From an uncultured virus (IMG/VR IMGVR_UViG_3300010158_003181) (Duplodnaviria; Heunggongvirae; Uroviricota; Caudoviricetes): a stretch of 20,000 bases of DNA. This document shows, one piece after another, positions 16,775 to 20,000 of this stretch. A model generated the notes under the pieces. That model did not search any database and was not told the origin of the DNA. It was given only the letters and a program-made list of their open reading frames with translations. Location: the IMG/VR virus record IMGVR_UViG_3300010158_003181. One strand, 5' to 3'. Positions within the stretch are counted from its first letter, which is position 1, and the number at the start of each line of letters is the position of its first letter. Both the position numbers and the translations under genes were made by a program.

Positions 16775-19700
16775 TTAAGAATTAACATAATTAATAGACA
16801 CATACAAATCTGCTGCATATGCCCCTGTATTAGTTATGATAACTGTAACATTTGATGAAGATGATGCGATTGAAATAGGAGTATTAGTACCATAACTCGG
16901 TCCGAGACCTGTAAAACTAATTGTACTCACAGTCACATCATCAACATTAATATTTAGCGAAACAGCTTGGGTACCAGAACTTAAAACTCTGGCTGTGATA
17001 CTGTTAATTAAAATAGTTCTGTTTGGAAACCATTTTGAAGTATATAAACTACTGTATCCAGTGAATAAACTACCCGGAGTATAAACTTGAGCAACTAATG
17101 CAGTAGATCCACCTCCACCCACAGCACTACCATTTTGATAAATTGTTCCGCCGACATATAAAGATCCGCCGATCCCCACTCCACCTCTAACTACTAATGC
17201 ACCTGTGGTAGTTGATGTTGAGCCAGTAGCATTAGTTATAACAAATGTTGAGCTAGTTCCAGTACTATTAGATGCACTACTACCAGTATACCCTATTGCT
17301 GTAGATGCGCCAGAAGCTCCAACACTACCGGTAAAACCCAGTGGGCCTTGAATTTTAGTTATAGAAGTCCATGTCGAGCCGCTCCATATCCACAAAAATC
17401 CGTCAACAGCAGTAATATATGCATCTCCTTTAGAACCAGTATATGACATTGGAGCTGTTTGATAACCAGGCAAGTCAGTCGACGTTGAAACAGAACCTAT
17501 GATAGATATGGATGATCCGGGATTACCCTCACTTCCAGTATAACCATTACTACCTATATATCCACTAGCGGTGCTTGCTGATCCAGTATAACCTCTACTA
17601 CCAGTAAATCCTATGCTACCAGTGTAACCTGTGCTACCTATGTATCCACTAGCAGTGCTGGCTGATCCAGTATAACCAACACTACCCCAATACCCTGTGC
17701 TACCTATATAACCAACACTACCCCAATAACCTGTGCTACCCCAATAACCTGTGCTACCCCAATAACCAACACTGCCCCAATAACCAGTAATACCTTGTGT
17801 ACCGGTACTACCAATAAAACCTGTGCTACCCCAATAACCAACACTGCCCCAATAACCAGTAATACCTTGTGTACCGGTACTACCAGTATAACCTGTGCTA
17901 CCTATATATCCTAGACTACCAGTAAAACCTGTGCTACCTATATATCCTAGACTACCAGTAAAACCTGTGCTACCTATATATCCTAGACTACCAGTATAAC
18001 CTGTGCTACCTATATATCCTAGACTACCAGTAAAACCTGTGCTACCTATATATCCTAGACTACCGGTATATCCCTTACTGCCCCAATAGCCAGTAATACC
18101 CTGACTACCCGAATACCCGATTGGTCCTGTTTCTGAGTTTGCAGGACCGGCAAATGTCCATTCATTGCTAGCTACTTTAATCACCGTAGCGATAGTGAAC
18201 GGAACAGTTAAAGTGGGAGTTTCCGTAGTATGTAACGTTACTCCAAAAAATCCTGATATGATTACAGGTCCAGTGCCTACGTTACATAAATCAATACGTT
18301 GACCCACAGCAAAATTAACTCCCCCCTCTGATGGAATATATACCGTAATAGGCGAACTATTAGTAAATTCAATAAGTGTGCCGGCATCTGACAATGCTAG
18401 AGTATAACTTCCTGATTGCGTACTAATAGCTTGTATTGAATCAAATCCACCTTTACTACCAGCATATCCCTCACTACCCCAATATCCATTAGTTCCGTTG
18501 GTTCCATTAGTTCCACCACTACCCCAATACCCCTGGGCACCTCTGCTACCAGTAAATCCAACAGCTCCTGCAACACTGGTAGCAGGACCGGCAAATGTCC
18601 ATTCATTGTTGGCTACTTTAATCAACGTACCAATACTATATTGACTGTTTAAAATAGCAGAGTCCGAAGTATGTAAAGTTACTCCCGCGGCTGCGGCTAT
18701 AATTACAGGACCTGTACTTATCTGACCTATATCTATACGTTGACCAACACTGAAATTAACAGTATTATAGTCTGGAATAGTTACTGTAGTACCATTAGTA
18801 GTATCAAAATTAACTAGGCCACCAGCATCTGACAATGCTAGAGTATACGTTGCTCCTGTTTGAGTACTAATAATCTGTACTGAATCAAATCCACCTCTAC
18901 TACCAACATATCCTGCACTGCCTGTAAATCCTACGCTACCTATATATCCAAGACTACCAGTATATCCTCTACCCGCATATGCTCCATCTGCCCCAACACT
19001 ACCGGTAAATCCCTTTTCACCCTGACTACCAGTATATCCTGCACTTCCAACGTAACCTGTGCTACCTATATATCCACTGGCAGTGCTGGCTGATCCAGTA
19101 TAACCGGTGCTACCTATATATCCCACGCTGCCAGTAAATCCCATGCTGCCAGTATATCCCACGCTGCCAGTAAATCCCATGCTGCCAGTAAATCCCATGC
19201 TGCCAGTATAACCAGTAGATCCGTTAAAACCAAGTCCGATAATAGTTCCATTTAAACTAATAGCACCAGTTACGTTTAAAAGGCCACCCACATATAAATT
19301 TTCAGCAATGCCAACGCCACCTTTGACTAGCAACGCACCTGTACTGGTTGATGTACTGCTGGCAGTATTTGCTATTAAAAATGTGCTGGTGGTACCTGAA
19401 CTGTTAGCATTAATAGCTTGACCATTAGAACCAAAAATTTGCCCACCCACATATAAATCTTTAGCAATACCAACTCCACCGTTGACTACCAATGCACCTG
19501 TACTAGTTGATGTACTGCTAGCAGTATTTGCTATTAAAAATGTGCTGGTGGTACCTGAACTATTATCACTAATAGCTTGACCATTAGAACCAAAAATTTG
19601 CCCACCCACATATAAATCTTTAGCAATGCCAACTCCGCCATAAACTATCAATGCACCTGTATTGGTTGATGTACTGCTGGCAGTATTTGATATTAAAAAC

Positions 19701-19999
19701 GCCCTAGTGGTACTTGTATTTGAAACTAAAAAACCTTGAACATACAAGGAACCGCCAATAAATAAACTACCGCGTACACCTACACCACCTGCAACTGTTA
19801 ATGCACCAGTAAAAGTATTAGCTGCAATTGTTGTATTGGAAATATTGATAGCTTGATTAGTTGATGATCCTCTGCTAGTAATAGTTTGTAATGTACTAGT
19901 ATTCCAAATAATAATATTACCAGTACTGGTACTAACTGCTGTATCTGTGCCAGCAGTTATCGATGTTTGATTTGCATAATTATTAATCGAAGCAGTGGT
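16775..19999 (-). CDS. Long tail-fibre-like protein with collagen-like Gly-X-Y tracts and repeated globular modules; 5' end truncated by the window edge (>1074 aa)
   Basis: The ORF track starts at TTG 19747, but the frame is open to the edge (...[89 protein letters not shown]...). It contains five GALxVxGGVG(I/V)xxxL(Y/F)(V/I)GG units, G(Y/F)xGSx tracts and two copies of a ~105-aa domain. Confidence 0.88.
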   Translation of the reverse strand, partial: TTASINNYANQTSITAGTDTAVSTSTGNIIIWNTSTLQTITSRGSSTNQAINISNTTIAANTFTGALTVAGGVGVRGSLFIGGSLYVQGFLVSNTSTTRAFLISNTASSTSTNTGALIVYGGVGIAKDLYVGGQIFGSNGQAISDNSSGTTSTFLIANTASSTSTSTGALVVNGGVGIAKDLYVGGQIFGSNGQAINANSSGTTSTFLIANTASSTSTSTGALLVKGGVGIAENLYVGGLLNVTGAISLNGTIIGLGFNGSTGYTGSMGFTGSMGFTGSVGYTGSMGFTGSVGYIGSTGYTGSASTASGYIGSTGYVGSAGYTGSQGEKGFTGSVGADGAYAGRGYTGSLGYIGSVGFTGSAGYVGSRGGFDSVQIISTQTGATYTLALSDAGGLVNFDTTNGTTVTIPDYNTVNFSVGQRIDIGQISTGPVIIAAAAGVTLHTSDSAILNSQYSIGTLIKVANNEWTFAGPATSVAGAVGFTGSRGAQGYWGSGGTNGTNGTNGYWGSEGYAGSKGGFDSIQAISTQSGSYTLALSDAGTLIEFTNSSPITVYIPSEGGVNFAVGQRIDLCNVGTGPVIISGFFGVTLHTTETPTLTVPFTIATVIKVASNEWTFAGPANSETGPIGYSGSQGITGYWGSKGYTGSLGYIGSTGFTGSLGYIGSTGYTGSLGYIGSTGFTGSLGYIGSTGFTGSLGYIGSTGYTGSTGTQGITGYWGSVGYWGSTGFIGSTGTQGITGYWGSVGYWGSTGYWGSTGYWGSVGYIGSTGYWGSVGYTGSASTASGYIGSTGYTGSIGFTGSRGYTGSASTASGYIGSNGYTGSEGNPGSSISIIGSVSTSTDLPGYQTAPMSYTGSKGDAYITAVDGFLWIWSGSTWTSITKIQGPLGFTGSVGASGASTAIGYTGSSASNSTGTSSTFVITNATGSTSTTTGALVVRGGVGIGGSLYVGGTIYQNGSAVGGGGSTALVAQVYTPGSLFTGYSSLYTSKWFPNRTILINSITARVLSSGTQAVSLNINVDDVTVSTISFTGLGPSYGTNTPISIASSSSNVTVIITNTGAYAADLYVSINYVNS
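17746..17885. repeat. 72-bp tandem duplication (24 aa; includes [21 protein letters not shown])
   Basis: taccttgtgtaccggtactacca occurs at 17791 and 17863 (period 72), with near-identical flanks. Confidence 0.85.
17879..18064. repeat. Five tandem 36-bp units encoding [10 protein letters not shown](F/Y)T
   Basis: Unit ctaccagta(t/a)aacctgtgctacctatatatcctaga starts at 17880, 17916, 17952, 17988 and 18024. The copies differ at one position only. Confidence 0.95.
18141..18895 (-). repeat. Diverged direct duplication (period ~441 bp) of a ~105-aa globular module [40 protein letters not shown]
   Basis: Identical 27-mer gcaggaccggcaaatgtccattcattg at 18141 and 18582. gcatctgacaatgctagagtata is present in both copies, and the interiors are diverged. 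Confidence 0.9.
19280..19700 (-). repeat. ~2.6 copies of a 159-bp (53-aa) repeat [51 protein letters not shown]
   Basis: accattagaaccaaaaatttgcccacccacatataaatctttagcaat occurs at 19421 and 19580. The protein repeat is visible in the translation. Confidence 0.92.
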
Positions 20000-20000
20000 A

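Noticed and set aside
2079..16777. Stop-codon reassignment or programmed frameshift joining adjacent genes
   Set aside because: Genes are intact under the standard code, most have their own SD, and I saw no convincing slippery site or split motif across the junctions.
17879..18064. 36-bp repeats as a CRISPR array
   Set aside because: Units are head-to-tail with no spacers, lie in frame within a CDS, and no cas gene is present.
8539..18606. Other small overlapping ORFs in the track (e.g. 8539-8799, 9012-9239, 15861-16124, 16217-16600, 18397-18606)
   Set aside because: They overlap well-supported genes in other frames or strands and have no recognisable motifs.
18141..18895. Duplicated module as a DGR template/variable repeat pair
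   Set aside because: Mismatches involve all bases and include synonymous changes rather than being adenine-specific; both copies are coding; no reverse transcriptase is in the window.
17515..19231. Ice-nucleation protein repeats
   Set aside because: InaZ repeats are AGYGSTxT-type octapeptides. These have a strict 3/6-residue Gly periodicity.
19745..19747. TTG start of the 990-aa ORF
   Set aside because: The frame is open upstream to the window edge and continues the same repeat family.
1..20000. tRNA, rRNA, structured ncRNA, intrinsic terminators, transposase or integrase
   Set aside because: Non-coding space is minimal and AT-rich, with no cloverleaf or GC hairpin plus U-tract seen, and no mobile-element motifs were found.

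Overview
AT-rich, densely coding segment that looks like the virion-fibre region of a large T4-like tailed phage (inferred from gene content and promoter motifs). It contains nine CDSs. The minus strand carries a >1074-aa fibre with Pro-poor collagen-like repeats (5' end off the right edge), a 61-aa small protein, a 736-aa protein with a Cys-rich N-half, a 791-aa tandem LamG-like protein, a 119-aa putative fibre chaperone, a 2141-aa Gly-rich/LamG-like mosaic protein, and a >675-aa GT4+GT2 fusion glycosyltransferase that runs off the left edge and is missing from the ORF track. A plus-strand two-gene cassette (NodU/CmcH/TobZ-family carbamoyltransferase plus a GT9-like glycosyltransferase) sits in the middle. 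Three perfect T4-type late promoter motifs (TATAAATA) lie in the single divergent intergenic gap, and a consensus sigma70 promoter sits directly upstream of the GT4/GT2 gene (probably leaderless). Main hypotheses: (1) a late-expressed system that glycosylates and carbamoylates Ser/Thr/Cys-rich virion fibres; (2) a nested architecture in which circularly permuted Gly-rich modules are inserted inside a LamG scaffold. All family calls come from motif recognition by eye; no searches were run.
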